64,000 nt of DNA from an uncultured Acidimicrobiia bacterium (GCA_963810905.1 CAWEPG010000003.1:19315-83314); one strand, 5' to 3'; shown: positions 9,872 to 22,592, counted from the first letter of the stretch. A program made the numbers and translations. Notes: generated from the sequence alone by a model not told the origin.

Positions 9872-12800
9872 CTAGTTGCCCCCATTCATCACCTTTACCG
9901 CTTCATTAGGGATCTCACCTAGCATTTCAGGGGAATACAGCGCCTCTACACGTGTCGGCGGCAAGTTGAAGAGTCCTTGATTGTTGAGGCGAATCGTATA
10001 CTCTACCGTCCATTCTCCTTTCGGAACATATTCATAGTAAGCGCGGAAAGCTTCGAAGGATCGTTCTTCAAATGCCGGCCAGACCCAGCCTTCCAGGACT
10101 TCTCCTTGGGTAGCTAATAGAGAATCCCGGCCCAGCCCAGTTCCAAGGATCGCGGCTCCTGCTGGAATGGGGTCACTGACCACCACCCAGGTCATATCGG
10201 TTTGAGCCTCAATCTGCAGCCTAACCCGGATGATATCTCCCTGATGCCACGATCCGGCTGTCTTTTGGTCAACTGGTGAGAATGTCTTTTTTATTTTATA
10301 GCCAGTCGAGAAGGGTTGTTTAAGGGGGATGGCTGCCCGGCTCTGGATGGTGGCCCAAGGGCTTCCTGTGGCGGCTGGGGTAATCGACAGGGGGCTCCGT
10401 TGCGGTGGCCACGGAAAGTCAAACTGATTTCCTTTCGGGAGATACATTCCAGTCTTGGATTTCCGTCTTTCCAGAAAGCGATGCCGTGCTGCTGCCAGAT
10501 AGCGGAACGCTCTCGAAGACTTTCGAGAATTTCTCCATGGCCAGAACCCCCCAAGCATTTGCTACGGTGGTATCCCATCGGCCCTGCTTTTGTCGGCCGA
10601 GAGCTCCCCGGGTGAGCCTCCCCAGGTCTTGTTTCCAGGCAGCCTGGTCCAGTAAGGACAGAACAAGTCGGACGGCATTAGTGTCAGTGGAGACCATCAA
10701 CCACCAGAGAAAATCCGATCGTTCAGTGGAAAAACCCATTGTCGTTCCCTGGAAATTAAGCCGGGACCTCAGGATTTGTTCGGCCGTCTTGAGTTTGTCC
10801 ACCCGGCCCGAAATGTTTGAGAGCTTTTGTAGGATATTAAACCAAGTGATCACCGCTGAAGTGGGCCATAGGTTTGGCTCGATTGTAATTGAAGACAGCA
10901 AGTTCGGCTCGGCCTGACCCAATTGTGTGAGGGCCTCGACCGCCGACAGCTTGCGAATGGACAAGTCCGCCGTCGGAAGAGAAGAATAACGCACGACACG
11001 TCCCTCAATAAATCCTCTAAGACCCGCTGCCATTCTAGCTTCACTCGCTTCAGGAATCTTCCAATCGGCCGCATGAGCGATGGAAATAAGATAGGAGGTT
11101 AAGACGTCGCTCCCACTTAAACAGGTCGGGAAATATTTTGCCAGGCCATCCGAGTCAAGAAAGGAAGGTAAAATCTCCATCACTTTCTTCCAACGTTTTT
11201 CATCTCGCAATGCAATCGCTCGGGAAGCTTCCTGCTCCAGGCAGATGTATGGGTAATCCCTCATATACTCCACAACACCCGACATCCCTTCCACCAGCGT
11301 GGGTCGGAAGATAACCTGGATTCCGCCGCGTGCCGGAAGCGCATCTTTGGGCCGCTCTACTTCAACACTTAGTTTTTGGTCCACTTGTGTGAGCGTCGCT
11401 TGAAAGACTCTTACGGGAATAGCGGGGACTACCTTCTGTTGTACAGCCAGCCGGTCGTGAGATCCATCGCTTGCCTTTGCACCCAGTTCATAGCGGAGTG
11501 CATCCACTCCGACCGGAGCTGACAGATTCCAGCCAATATTTTGAGATTCACCGGCGCCTAGTGACACCTTAAGGGGGGTCAGCGAATCCTTCAATTCCTT
11601 TACATGCGCTGACACATCAACTTCCATGGCATGGTCCGTAGTATTGCGAAGGGTGAATTCCGAACGATATTGATCCCCTTGCCTGACGACAGGAGCAATG
11701 CCGGAGAGCAGGATCAGGTCCTGAGTCGATCGTATTGATGCAGACCCTGTTCCAAACTGATCCACTCCTGAAATCGCTACAGCCACAATGCGGAAGCTGG
11801 TCAAAGAATCATTTAATGGGATTTCAATGGAAGCATCTCCATTGGCATCCAGCGGAACGCGGCCTTTCCATAGGAGCAATGTGTCAAACAACTCACGGGT
11901 GATCTGTTTCCCTCCACCACCCCCACTGGGTAATGCCTTCAAGCCAAAATGCCTCTTCCCAATTACCTGAGTCTGGGCGGTTGAAGTTTGAACGCCATAA
12001 CTTCGTCTCCCCATCATCGCCGCCAACAACTGCCAGCTGCTATTCGGCATCAATTCCAAAAGGCCTTCATCAACGGCCGCGATCGCAACTTCGCTTCCTG
12101 GTCCGGGCGGTTTGCCATCAAACGTTCTCACGGAAACAGCTATTCGAGCCTTTTCTCGAATCTTATAGATCGGCTGCTCGGGCGACACTTTAACTTTCAA
12201 TTCGTGGGTCCGCCAACCCACAGAGATTTCCGCAATTCCCAATTTATAGGCGGGACGTCCCAGGTCAACCGTGGCCGTCGGTTGCACTCCGCTGACACGC
12301 CCCCTAACGAGTAAGACGGACACAAAGATGTTGGGAGAAAAGCTGCCTTTGACAGGAATCTCGATCACCGGTTCTTTGCCTGAAAGCTCTTGGACCATGG
12401 CCTCCCCAACACCTTCCCGCTCGATCGTGACGAGTGCTGTCGCTTCGGAAAACGGCATTCGGACCTGGAATCGGGCCTTATCACCGACCTCGTATCGTTT
12501 TCGCTCTGGAAGCACATCAATGCGGTCATCATCTGCGGCTCTGAACCACTGTTGATTCTTCCCAGCCACCCAGACTTCCTGATGCGTCGTTGTTTCCAAA
12601 CCCGACGGATCCTTGACGGAAGCTTGGAGGATGACATTGCCGGAAACGGGCGAAGTGGCTTCACAAGTAAGCAGCCCCTTTTGATTGGTTTTCCCTTCGC
12701 ACAGCTTTTCGATCTTTTTCACTTCATAAGAGTGCTCGTAGGCATAAAATCCTCCCACCAGGCGCTTTCGGTGCGAATAAGTTTTCTGTTCGTAAAGGTC

Positions 12801-15552
12801 AACGCTTACAGAAGCCTCGGGCACAGGCTTGCCTTTCAAATCAGTCACTGCCACCTGAAATTTGAGCGACTCCTTGGATAGCGCCCATGAATCCGGTTTG
12901 ATTCCCACCACCCAACCAGCCGGCCACAATGGGATTCGGGCGGAGACTGTTTGGACTTCTCCATTAGGGTCTCGAAACTCAAGCTCACTGAGGATCTCGC
13001 TAGGTTTGTCGATTTTTGGCAGCTCGGTAATCTGGGTACGAACGGAGCCTGCCTTGTCCAGTGTCAGACTGATGCTTTTCAATTCGAGTCGCTTTTTCTC
13101 GACTTGGTCCTCAGTCTCTTCGCCCCCGCGGAAGAGACCTTCCTTAACCGCTCCATTCGAAAAAGCAAAATCCTCAAATCCTTCGAAAGGCGGTATGTAT
13201 CGTGGCTCAAGCTGATGTCTGAATTTGATTGGTAGATTCCCCGCAGCACCACCAGACAGGAAGCTGGCACTTAAGTCAACTCGCACTTCAGAAGGCGAAA
13301 TCAGCGGATCCGAAGGATAGACGATACTCCCCTTCATCAGTGGGACGCGATATTCCTCTACTCGAAACTGACCCGTGAATTCCCCTCCCCGCTTATTCGA
13401 TGTTTCTAGACTCACCTGGTACTGCCCGAGTTTCGCTCCCTTGGGAATCGTCCATGTGGACTCGGCAATTCCATGGGCATCCCACTGGATCGGGAGATCG
13501 TATTTTTGATCGCTACCCAGGTGCTGGATCCTGATGGAAGCCGGGCGCTTGGTTTCGGGCAATAGAGCAAAACCGCTTGTCACGTGTTTTCGGAGAACGT
13601 GCTTCATGTGCACTGTTTCTCCAGCCCGGAAGAGAGTTCGATCGAATATGGTATGAGCGGCAATAAGGCTTGGGTTGTATTCTGTGGGAAGTTGAAACCG
13701 CCACGACTCGATCCCTTCGTTCCAACTGGTGTGAAGAAAGCTCATGTCGTCTCCGAGACGTGCCGTGACAATAAGGCCATTGTCAAAAGAACGATACGAA
13801 CACCTCGGAATCGCACTGAGTTCAGGAAGTTGCTCCACGCGGGTAATCCCATTTTGATCTGTCAACCCTTCCCACAGCACATTGCCCTGACAGTCTCGAA
13901 TTTGGACGCTGGCCTCTTTGACAGGTTTGGCCTTGTCCAGCGTCGTCACCCAGACGAGCGAAGATTCTATTCCCCATTTGAAGTGGACAGAGAGATTTGT
14001 GACCAGCACCGTTGTCGGAACATACATTGGCTTGGGAGATCCCAGTAAGGCAGCTCCAAGAAGCTCGCTCTTGACCTCCACCACATAGAATCCGGGGGAT
14101 GGCATAGGGATTCCGATCACCTCGAAGGCTTTAGCACCGTGCAATTTGGGCAGAGAAAAGGCTTTTGCCTTGGCTGCAGCCGCCGCGCTTAGGATCGAGT
14201 GCTCCCGGTCATCCCAGCTTCGAGAATCAATTTTGTTCAACCAATAAAGAATTTGGGTCGGTCGGTCTAATGGCACCTTGAAAATCATCCCCCGCATTTC
14301 CTCGGTGAGGTACTGATCTTTCTGGTTGATATCAGAGTGTTGGATGCTCGATTGCCCCTCTTCGACTTCCAACATCTGTCCCGCGATCGTTGGTTCGACG
14401 TTTCTCACAGTAACGGGGAGCAGACGGTGTTGCATTTAATTCCAGAATTCCAAAGTGGGCGGCAAACTTCACCAGTGGAGGGTATTCATCCGTCCGGACT
14501 GACAGCGGAAAACGGTTGGCGTTTTCGAGCTTTCGTCCTGCATCATCTTGAAGGTTAGGCGCTAGTTCAATTTGAAATTCTGTCTTCTCCGGGAAGGGAC
14601 CTTTAAACCGGACTGATTGGACATACTTCCCTTCCTCATCAGCCTCCTCTTCTCTCTCAACCGGCCAGCGCTGGCTTCCAGGCCCCTTCAGAATCGTTTT
14701 TCGCGCATCAGCCCACAAGACTGGAGCAGAGAAACTGACTCTCATCGGTGAGATCGGGACACAGCCGGCTTCTGGTTTTTCTCTTGAGCAACTGAAAATA
14801 GCTTGAAACGGGGATCGTACTTGGAACGGAAGAATCTGATCTTGGACATTAGTGACCCCGCTTGGCGAGGAGACCTCTTTCCCCCACACCAAGCTGACTT
14901 TGGAATTTTGAGGGAAACGTTGTTTGGCTTGGATCAAAAGAAAAGGATGTGGGGCGGTATCCCGACGCATGCCTTGTGTTTTGAGAATTCGTTCTCTTTC
15001 CTGACCTGAAACAATACGAGCACCAATCCGCTCGCCAATATTCACCACCGTGAAATAAACATCAGACAGAACCGAAGCCTCAGTAGGCTCTCCGTCTAGT
15101 TCAAGAATAAAGATCTGCTCTTCATCGATGGACTGTGATCCCTGGTAAGGCACAGACGAGAGGATGGACGGTCCTCCCGTCGAAAGGGTAAAGACCTGTT
15201 GCCCCCCAACGGGGTTTCCAGCCAGTGTCTTCAGCCCCTCTTTGACTCGAAATTCGCACCGAATTCCGGCGCCCAGGTTACGATCGAAGTCATAAATCCA
15301 ATTGGAGCCATCCGCCCACCGGGCGGCTCCCTTCTCCGGGCAATTGATAACGAAGGGGGCTACGGTTTCCCGCGGGTCGCCTAATGGAACCATAGGCTCC
15401 GAAAAACGGGCTCGCACCTGGCGCACATTTTTTACCATGCCTTGCGGTGAGAATTCCTCAACGCGCGCCGGGTGCTGACCATAAAGGGGAAGGAGAAACG
15501 ACGATAAAATGAGGAAACTGATTAGGGATTTCAAAGCAGAAGGGATCTTCAT
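9872..15552 (-). CDS. Bacterial alpha-2-macroglobulin family protein (YfhM-like, about 1,890 aa) with a thioester motif. Split into three ORFs by frameshifts near 10430 and 14400.
   Basis: The N-terminal piece carries a signal peptide (MKIPSALKSLISFLILSSFLLPLYGQ). The middle ORF carries YPYICLEQ (thioester CxEQ) and MG-type repeats, and the C-terminal piece continues in a shifted frame. The gene lies on the same strand upstream of pbpC, the classic pairing. Confidence 0.8.
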
Positions 15553-15595
15553 AGGTTCATGCCTTCAAGAAAAATGGGTCCGCTTGATTTCTACT

Positions 15596-16609
15596 TCAGC
15601 AAAACAAAAGGTCTTCTTCTTCATTTCCCAAAACAACTTTCGAATGTCTGTATCCTTGACTTTGGCAGCACTGTCGCTCTGCTTTTCGTTTCGAAATGAT
15701 GGTTGGTAATAAACAAAGGGAGTCCCAAAGCCCCGCTAAAAAAGCTGCTCTGAAAGTGAACAGCGACTGCAAAACTAACAAAATGATAGCTCCCAGGTGT
15801 TTGATCAACATCCCAGGGTCATGGACGTTTTTCCACATGAAGATGAAGCGATTCCGGGTGTTGATTCGGTCTATGCGAAATCGATTGAAAGCTCCCAAAA
15901 TCGTGGTGCTGGCGTCGTGGTAAACAACACTCTTCGGCTCATAATGGATTACCCAACCTCGTTTCCAGGCACGATAGGAGAGTTCCACATCTTCCCAATA
16001 AAACGGGGACATTAGAGACTCAAAACCACCGGCCTCCTGGAGTTTTTGCCGATCAAAGGCACAAAATCCCCCACACACCGCAAACGAGTAAAACGGACCT
16101 GGATCTTCCGCCGGGCTCGGATTGACCATTAGACACATCATAATTGCGGAAGGCTTTCCAAAACCCCATACGGAATTCGCCGATTTTCCCCCATTGCAAA
16201 AAGTGGATTGATCACGTCCTAACGCCTTAAAGGTGACCCCGAAAACTGTCTTGTCTTCAAAGTGGGAGATCATAGGCAAGATGAAATTCTTATCTACAAG
16301 GACATCGTTGTTTAGCAAGATCACGATCTGGTAACGGCAAGCGGAAAAACCCAAGTTGCAGGCGAAAGCAAAACCACTGTTTCTGCTGTGCGTGATGACC
16401 TTGATGTTCTTTTCGGGATTTTTTTCGATCCAGGGAATAGTATCATCAACGCTACCATCATCCACCACAATCACTTCCCAAGGTCCGCCGGTCTTTTGAT
16501 GAAATTCATGGGTGGCGGCCAGGAGAGCAGGAAACATCTCTTCCAATAACATTTTGCCGTTCCACGAAGGGATAACAACACTGATCGAGGGCTTGAGGCT
16601 GGCATTCAT
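15596..16609 (-). CDS. Family 2 glycosyltransferase.
   Basis: SVVIPSWNG...VIVVDDGSVDDT...NSGFAFACNLG is a GT2 Rossmann-like signature with a DxD-type region. Confidence 0.8.
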   Translation of the reverse strand: MNASLKPSISVVIPSWNGKMLLEEMFPALLAATHEFHQKTGGPWEVIVVDDGSVDDTIPWIEKNPEKNIKVITHSRNSGFAFACNLGFSACRYQIVILLNNDVLVDKNFILPMISHFEDKTVFGVTFKALGRDQSTFCNGGKSANSVWGFGKPSAIMMCLMVNPSPAEDPGPFYSFAVCGGFCAFDRQKLQEAGGFESLMSPFYWEDVELSYRAWKRGWVIHYEPKSVVYHDASTTILGAFNRFRIDRINTRNRFIFMWKNVHDPGMLIKHLGAIILLVLQSLFTFRAAFLAGLWDSLCLLPTIISKRKAERQCCQSQGYRHSKVVLGNEEEDLLFC

Positions 16610-17043
16610 TCAAGATGGCTTTTGAAAATTTTGGTGAGTCTTTCGATTTCAACGTAGATATTATCTTTAGTTTGATTTGAAAAAGCCAGACACAAGGATT
16701 TCGTATCATTCCCGTTGACATGAAACGCTTGACCGGCTCAATAGGATACATGGCCTGGCTGAGGTAGACTAAATCCGCAGTGAGCGCCAGGAACAGCGCT
16801 CTGTATCGCCGAAAACCGTTGACGATTGCCTTGGTGAAGAAAATCCGAGTCGATCTCGCGATCTATTTTTCAAGAACCTGGAAAGAGGTGAGCTAGATTT
16901 TCGCCTTCCCCCGCAAATAAACCTGCAAGATATTTTCACCGCCTCCTTAACAAGGTCTGTGCCGCCCTCGAATCGAATGACAGGGTAGCCATCACCTAAT
17001 TCAATTGCACGTCCACATCTCAGCCAAACGAGGCGCTGTAACT

Positions 17044-18747
17044 TCATTCTGTTGCGGTGGGATAGAGGGGCATGAAATCACTGTTGGGAGAAATTCCGGC
17101 GATACTGTTTCCTTTCCAGGTCAGGGTATAATCAACGCCCGCTATTCTCTCGACTTCTTTTCGAACCGGCAGGGCATACTGCAGCAGGATGGGTGCGGGA
17201 AAAACGTCACGGGGAATATAGGCAAACCTGCCAATCCTTGTTTGATTGAACGGCTGGTCGTTCACTGTGAACTGAACCGAATCCGGAGTTGTCCATGCCG
17301 GGATACGGATCGTGACGTTTTGCCGGATTTTCGGCACAATGGTGATTTGAGCTCTCTCACCCCGTTTGCAACTGATCCGGATCTTGTCATCCTCGTAATC
17401 GAAATGAAAGTTCACAACCAACCCCATGGGACCCGGAACCGCCACATGTTGGTACACATCAACCAGGGTATGAAGGACGGCGCAGGTGATGTCGGTGGCA
17501 GGATTTCTGCCCCAATAGGGCTCATGCATCCCTGCATAGCCGCCGACCACCCGTGCATCCAAATCGGCGTGCGCATCGGAGCCATCCTGAACGGCAGGCT
17601 TCAACCCCGGACGTTGAACGATCTGGGAGGGAAGCAAACGGCATCGAACCAGCCGCTCCACGTCTTCCAGGAACTCGGTGTATCCGTGCCGAGCCAGCCA
17701 CAGCCCGAGTTGCACCACATCCCCCGCCGAGGCGGGCTCGGCGTTTCCCTCCTCCTGCATGCCATGGGAGATGACCCCGCTGGGCTTGATCAGACGCCCT
17801 AACACGTAGGTCTGATACGTCCTGGCGACGCGCTCGATATACTGGCGCTGATTGGTCAATTCGCCGAAGAGCACCAGCCCTCGCAACGTGCCCAGGTAGG
17901 AGTGCGTGTGGTCGGCCTTCGAGGCCAGGTTCAGGGTGCCGTCGGCGGAAGTCGTATTTTCCAGGTGATACTCGGCAAAACGATTCGCCAGTTTCAGAGC
18001 AAGCGGGTCACCGGAAGTCTCGTAGAACCAGACCAGCGCCTCGATGAGGCGACCGTGCGATTGGGTGGGATCCATGCGCGGAGGGCGTTTCATGTGCCGG
18101 GCCGCCTCGAGCCCGTCATAGTCCCAATCGCCGTTCGCGCGCGACACTCTCCAGATGGTTTCCATCATCCGGTGGGCCTGTTCCAGAGCCCAGCGGTTGC
18201 CTCGAAAACGTGCCAGGGCATTCAGGGCCAGTAAACTTTCTCGCATGGAGTGGATCTCGAGCTGGTTGGGCGGTTCGCTGAGTTGTGCGTATTGAGGTGG
18301 CGGAAGACACAGGTTGTCGGGATTGTTAAAAAACAAACGTAAATTCGCCAGCATGGCCGCTTCCAGTTGAGCGGGAATGGCGAACCCTGTGGCATTCTCG
18401 AGACGCAGCATCGCGTCCAGCCAGCGGCCAATGTTATGCGCAGGCCATGTAAACTCGTAGGTTGCCTTGTAATCCCTACTGATTTTCATGATGAAGTACG
18501 GCAGATAATTCTCGTTGGGATTAAGCGCAGCCAGCAGATGTTCTCCTGCCAGGTCCATCGATTTCTTCAGGGAGAGACTGTCCTGCGCGACCGAATTGAT
18601 TTGTGGTGCGGCAGGCTGAGCTGCGGACTGTGGTGCAGGGCGCGGCGGAGCCGTTTGCCCCTCCCCTCCAAGACGGGCCGGCAGAGTCGCCAAAGTACTC
18701 GCTGTAAAAGCTCCCTTCACAAACGCCCTTCGCGAAATGCCCATCAT
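17044..18747 (-). CDS. Tat-exported protein of unknown function (possibly an alpha/alpha-barrel glycosidase-like fold).
   Basis: The N-terminus MMGISRRAFVKGAFTASTLATLPA is a twin-arginine signal. It is followed by a Pro/Ala/Gln-rich linker. No confident family assignment can be made by eye. Confidence 0.35.
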   Translation of the reverse strand: MMGISRRAFVKGAFTASTLATLPARLGGEGQTAPPRPAPQSAAQPAAPQINSVAQDSLSLKKSMDLAGEHLLAALNPNENYLPYFIMKISRDYKATYEFTWPAHNIGRWLDAMLRLENATGFAIPAQLEAAMLANLRLFFNNPDNLCLPPPQYAQLSEPPNQLEIHSMRESLLALNALARFRGNRWALEQAHRMMETIWRVSRANGDWDYDGLEAARHMKRPPRMDPTQSHGRLIEALVWFYETSGDPLALKLANRFAEYHLENTTSADGTLNLASKADHTHSYLGTLRGLVLFGELTNQRQYIERVARTYQTYVLGRLIKPSGVISHGMQEEGNAEPASAGDVVQLGLWLARHGYTEFLEDVERLVRCRLLPSQIVQRPGLKPAVQDGSDAHADLDARVVGGYAGMHEPYWGRNPATDITCAVLHTLVDVYQHVAVPGPMGLVVNFHFDYEDDKIRISCKRGERAQITIVPKIRQNVTIRIPAWTTPDSVQFTVNDQPFNQTRIGRFAYIPRDVFPAPILLQYALPVRKEVERIAGVDYTLTWKGNSIAGISPNSDFMPLYPTATE

Positions 18748-19326
18748 GATCTCCTTCTCGTGCAGACAGAATCAGGTAACCCGCCTGAGAGTTTGTCCCA
18801 AAGGACGTGAGAGAATCTACTTTACTTAGGTGGAGCCCGAACTCAAAATCATTTTCCGTCGGCAATGGGTGACATTGATGAAGCCCGGTTGTGTGAACTC
18901 TCCTGCGATAGGTAGCCCACCTTTAATACAAGTGTATTCCTTAAAGCCCTCTATGAAGAAAAATAGGAATTATGGCCTTTAACTGCACAACTTCAACCCG
19001 ACAATACGCTTTCTAAACAAGAAACCCGTTTTGGGTTTAGCCTCCAAACGGTGATGGTCTGCACCCACATTTTGAACCGGAGCAGGTGCGGAGTGTGAGA
19101 CATGTCGAATACATCTTTAAAGCCTTATACTCGGTGGGCATAGTCCGCAAAGCACCGTCTATATCTGCGCGGCAAGCATGCAAGTGTTAAACTCAATGTC
19201 CGGATATCAATCTGCTCTCGGTAGAAAAGCTGGAGAAGCCATTGCGGCTTTGCCTGCAACTGGTGTAGCCTACAGGAACAACACGTTTGGCTCCGACCAA
19301 GTAATCGTTCGAGAAGAAAGATCCGC

Positions 19327-20274
19327 ATGAACCCAAACAATCGGCAGATGTCCGAGCGATTTCCCCGCTCTGCGCAATACCACCCCGAATGGATCCTGGC
19401 CAACGCCAGTGGTGGTGCTAATGCACTGTGGCTGACTGAGTGGCTCACGACGGCACTGGACCTTCAACCCGGCATGCGGGTGTTGGACCTTGGCTGCGGA
19501 CGGGCGTCATCGTCGATCTTTCTGCGGCGCGAATTTGGGGTACAGGTTTGGGCAACTGACCTGTGGTTCAGCGCCTCGGAGAACATCCAGCGAATCCGGG
19601 ATGCTGGCGTCGAGGACGGCGTTTTTCCGATCCATGCGGATGCCCGGTCGCTACCGTTCGCCGCGGAGTTCTTCGACGCCATCGTTTGCATTGATTCCTT
19701 CCCTTACTACGGGACGGACGACCTGTACTTGAACTACCTTGCTCAGTTTGTGAAGCCGGGCGGCCGGGTGGGAATTGCCGGGGCCGGACTGGTACAGGAA
19801 ATCGAAGGTCCGGTTCCCGATCATCTTCAAGAGTGGTGGACCCAGGATCTCTGGTGCCTGCATTCGGCAGCTTGGTGGCGCCGGCACTGGGAGCGGACAC
19901 GCATAATGGACATTGAAGTGGCCGATTCCATGCCGGATGGCTGGCAAGTCTGGCTGGACTGGCACCGGACAAATTATCCTGACAACAGCACGGAAATCAA
20001 GGCGCTGGAAGCCGATGCTGGCAGGTACCTCGGCTTTGTTCGCCTCGTAGGTCGCCGCCGAGGCCAAGTGAAGCTGGAAGATAGCTGGCCCGATACGATG
20101 CGATCACCCCCTGCAGTACACGAAAAAGCCTTTGCTCCGCAACGAGGAGTAGTGATTCTGAGGAAGGAACGGGAGGCATGCAGGTTATACGAGCCAAAGC
20201 AACGGGACCACCTAACTGCGGTGGCATCGCCTCCTGTCAGGGCCCATCGTCTCACCGGTCGCCGCAATAGATGA
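19327..20274 (+). CDS. Class I SAM-dependent methyltransferase.
   Basis: VLDLGCGRASSSIFL (motif I), then an acidic residue at the end of beta-2 and IVCIDSFPYYG (motif post-I/II). Confidence 0.7.
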   Translation: MNPNNRQMSERFPRSAQYHPEWILANASGGANALWLTEWLTTALDLQPGMRVLDLGCGRASSSIFLRREFGVQVWATDLWFSASENIQRIRDAGVEDGVFPIHADARSLPFAAEFFDAIVCIDSFPYYGTDDLYLNYLAQFVKPGGRVGIAGAGLVQEIEGPVPDHLQEWWTQDLWCLHSAAWWRRHWERTRIMDIEVADSMPDGWQVWLDWHRTNYPDNSTEIKALEADAGRYLGFVRLVGRRRGQVKLEDSWPDTMRSPPAVHEKAFAPQRGVVILRKEREACRLYEPKQRDHLTAVASPPVRAHRLTGRRNR

Positions 20275-20311
20275 GCTTGCGCGAAAGACAAAGGTCAAAC
20301 TAGGAGGAACC

Positions 20312-20731
20312 ATGCATTGGATCATCGCCAATATGAAGTTGATCATGTTCGTGTCGGGCACGCTTACGTGCACGATGCTCTATGCCGCAATCGCGCCGCA
20401 AGCCGCATTGAGTTCCACCTTCGGAGAGACGCTGGATGGTCCACTGGCCGAAATCGTCGTGCGAAACTGGGGGGCGTTGATTGCGCTCGTGGGAGCAATG
20501 CTAATCTATGGTGCGTATGATCCTCCGAGTCGACCACTAGTTCTCACTGTCGCTGGCCTCAGCAAGTTGGTCTTCATAAGCCTTGTTCTCTTCCATGGTA
20601 GCCAATATCTCGGACAGCAGGCTGGCGTCGCCATCGCAATCGATCTTTTGATGGTAGGGATTTTCATCGGCTATCTGGTCGGTGTACGCCGGAGTCAAGG
20701 TGCTGCCTCACCCAGGTTTCCAGTCAGTTGA
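20312..20731 (+). CDS. Small 4-TM membrane protein, hypothetical.
   Basis: A 139-aa ORF with four hydrophobic segments. Confidence 0.35.
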   Translation: MHWIIANMKLIMFVSGTLTCTMLYAAIAPQAALSSTFGETLDGPLAEIVVRNWGALIALVGAMLIYGAYDPPSRPLVLTVAGLSKLVFISLVLFHGSQYLGQQAGVAIAIDLLMVGIFIGYLVGVRRSQGAASPRFPVS

Positions 20732-20772
20732 CTAAGCGCCGACAGCCAAGTGACATCTAGTGCATCTAGAAT

Positions 20773-21301
20773 TTGCGGAGAAGCTCTAGGGAGGCAAAGA
20801 TGAGGAATTATTGGATGTTGGGAATAGTAATCACCCTCGGGGCGGTAGGAATAGCTTATGGCTGGACGGATCAGCAGACCGTGTCCGAACACCCAAGTTC
20901 GGGCCCCGCAATCCATTCAATCACGATCCATGAAGAAGTCGATTTCAAGGCAAGCCCTCAACGGCTTTACGAGGCACTGCTGGACAATAAACAATTCAGT
21001 GCGTTCTCCGGAAGACAAGCTGAGATTAATCGCGAAGTTGGCGGCGCCTTTTCGCTGTTCAACGGCCACATAGTCGGCCGGAACCTGGAATGTGGTCCCG
21101 AATCAAAGGATTGTTCAGGCTTGGCGCGTTGTGACCTGGCCCGAAGGGGTTTACTCCATCGTGAGATTCGAGCTAAAACCGAAAGGATTTGGAACACACT
21201 TGGTCTTCGACCACATCGGCTTCCCCGAGGGCTTACACGACCATCTTGCAGAGGGCTGGGAGTCCAACTATTGGGCGCTACTCAAGAAATACTTTCGCTA
21301 A
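20773..21301 (+). CDS. SRPBCC/AHSA1-domain protein (Aha1-like), frame-broken by a 1-bp insertion near 21088.
   Basis: The first ORF ends ...FNGHIVGRNLE and the second frame gives VPNQRIVQAWRVVTWPEGVYSIVRFELKPKGFGTHLVFDHIGFPEG...GWESNYW, a typical AHSA1 pattern. gaatGtggtc versus gaattggtc restores the frame. Confidence 0.7.
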
Positions 21302-21595
21302 TGTGCAAATGGGACGTTCAGCGGGTCAACAGCCCTGAAATGAACCGCTGGGTGGCGAAGACATGCGCAGGTTGCATGTCTTCGAAAAGTGTTGCCTCAC
21401 AGGAGCTTTTCCATTGACAAGATGCATCCGCCTTTCAAATGATAGAACCTCGAACTTAATTCTTCCTCGCAGACATGCAGAGGACGCGTGTCTGCGCCAC
21501 CCCGCGTCATTGGAGGCAGTTTGAAGGTCGTTCTTCTTAGATGGTCTGTGCCGAAAGGAGCCTCAGGATTGCCCATAGTAAGAATCGCAAAATAA

Positions 21596-22486
21596 TTGTT
21601 CCAAGGAAAAAGGATTGAGACCATGCAAACTCCACCTAATTACTTGACGTCTCAGCAACAGGGTGCGTATCACGACTACGGCTATCATTTTCCGGTCCGT
21701 GCCCTTCAAGATAATGAGGCTGCCAAGCTGTGCCACTCTTTCATGTCCTATTATGAGCAGCACAGCGAGCGCCTCAAGCAACTGCTCCCCAGGGACCGGC
21801 GTACCTTTATGAGCGAGACCCATTTTTTTCTGCGCTGGGTCTATGAGATCGTTTCCCATCCTCGTGTTCTCGACGCAGTGGAGTCTGTTCTCGGACCTGA
21901 CATCATGGTTTGGAGCAGCCAATGGTTCCCCAAATTCCCGCATGACAAGGCCTTTGTTTCATGGCATCAGGACGCCACTTACTGGGGGTTGACGCCACCC
22001 AATGTCACGACTGCTTGGATTGCGCTGTCGCAGAGTACGCCGCAGAACGGTTGCATGCGTGTTATTCCCGGGACTCACAAGACCCTAAATTTGCCGCAAC
22101 GAGAGACTTATGGACCGGATAACATGCTGTCACGGGGCCAGGAAATTGCAGTCGAGGTGGATGAAGCGCACGCCGTGGATCTGATCCTGCGCCCAGGCGA
22201 ATTGTCGCTTCATCATATCGGAATCATTCATGGGTCGGGACCGAATAACTCTGACAGCCCGAGAATCGGTCTGGCCATTCGTTATATATCACCGGATGTT
22301 ATTCAGAACAGACTGGAGCGTGACCTGGTTCTCCTGGTGCGCGGCAAAGACGACCATGGAAACTTTGAGGTCTCCGATCCGCCCATCCGCGACTTAGCCT
22401 ACGGCGAATCTCCGATTCACACCGAAGCTTTGGAGCGCAAGGGGCGAAACCTCTTGCCAAAGAAAATCCTGCCTTCAAAAACATAG
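21596..22486 (+). CDS. Phytanoyl-CoA dioxygenase (PhyH) family Fe(II)/2-oxoglutarate oxygenase.
   Basis: WHQDATYWGL, a His-x-Asp facial triad context and HHIGIIHGSGPN resemble the PhyH family. Confidence 0.75.
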   Translation: MFQGKRIETMQTPPNYLTSQQQGAYHDYGYHFPVRALQDNEAAKLCHSFMSYYEQHSERLKQLLPRDRRTFMSETHFFLRWVYEIVSHPRVLDAVESVLGPDIMVWSSQWFPKFPHDKAFVSWHQDATYWGLTPPNVTTAWIALSQSTPQNGCMRVIPGTHKTLNLPQRETYGPDNMLSRGQEIAVEVDEAHAVDLILRPGELSLHHIGIIHGSGPNNSDSPRIGLAIRYISPDVIQNRLERDLVLLVRGKDDHGNFEVSDPPIRDLAYGESPIHTEALERKGRNLLPKKILPSKT

Positions 22487-22592
22487 CTTTGTGATTGTGT
22501 AGACCCGCTTGCTCTAAGCTAGGTTTGGAAAGACTAAGGAAAGAGGGCACTCGAAGAATTTTTAAGAAATGAAGAGGGGACGAGATTGATTC

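Noticed and set aside
17005-17802. A 265-aa plus-strand ORF.
   Set aside because: It is antisense to the Tat-exported protein gene and has no recognisable motifs.
19464-20291. Several 75-138-aa minus-strand ORFs.
   Set aside because: All lie inside and antisense to the methyltransferase gene 19327..20274. They are Arg/Pro-rich shadow ORFs.
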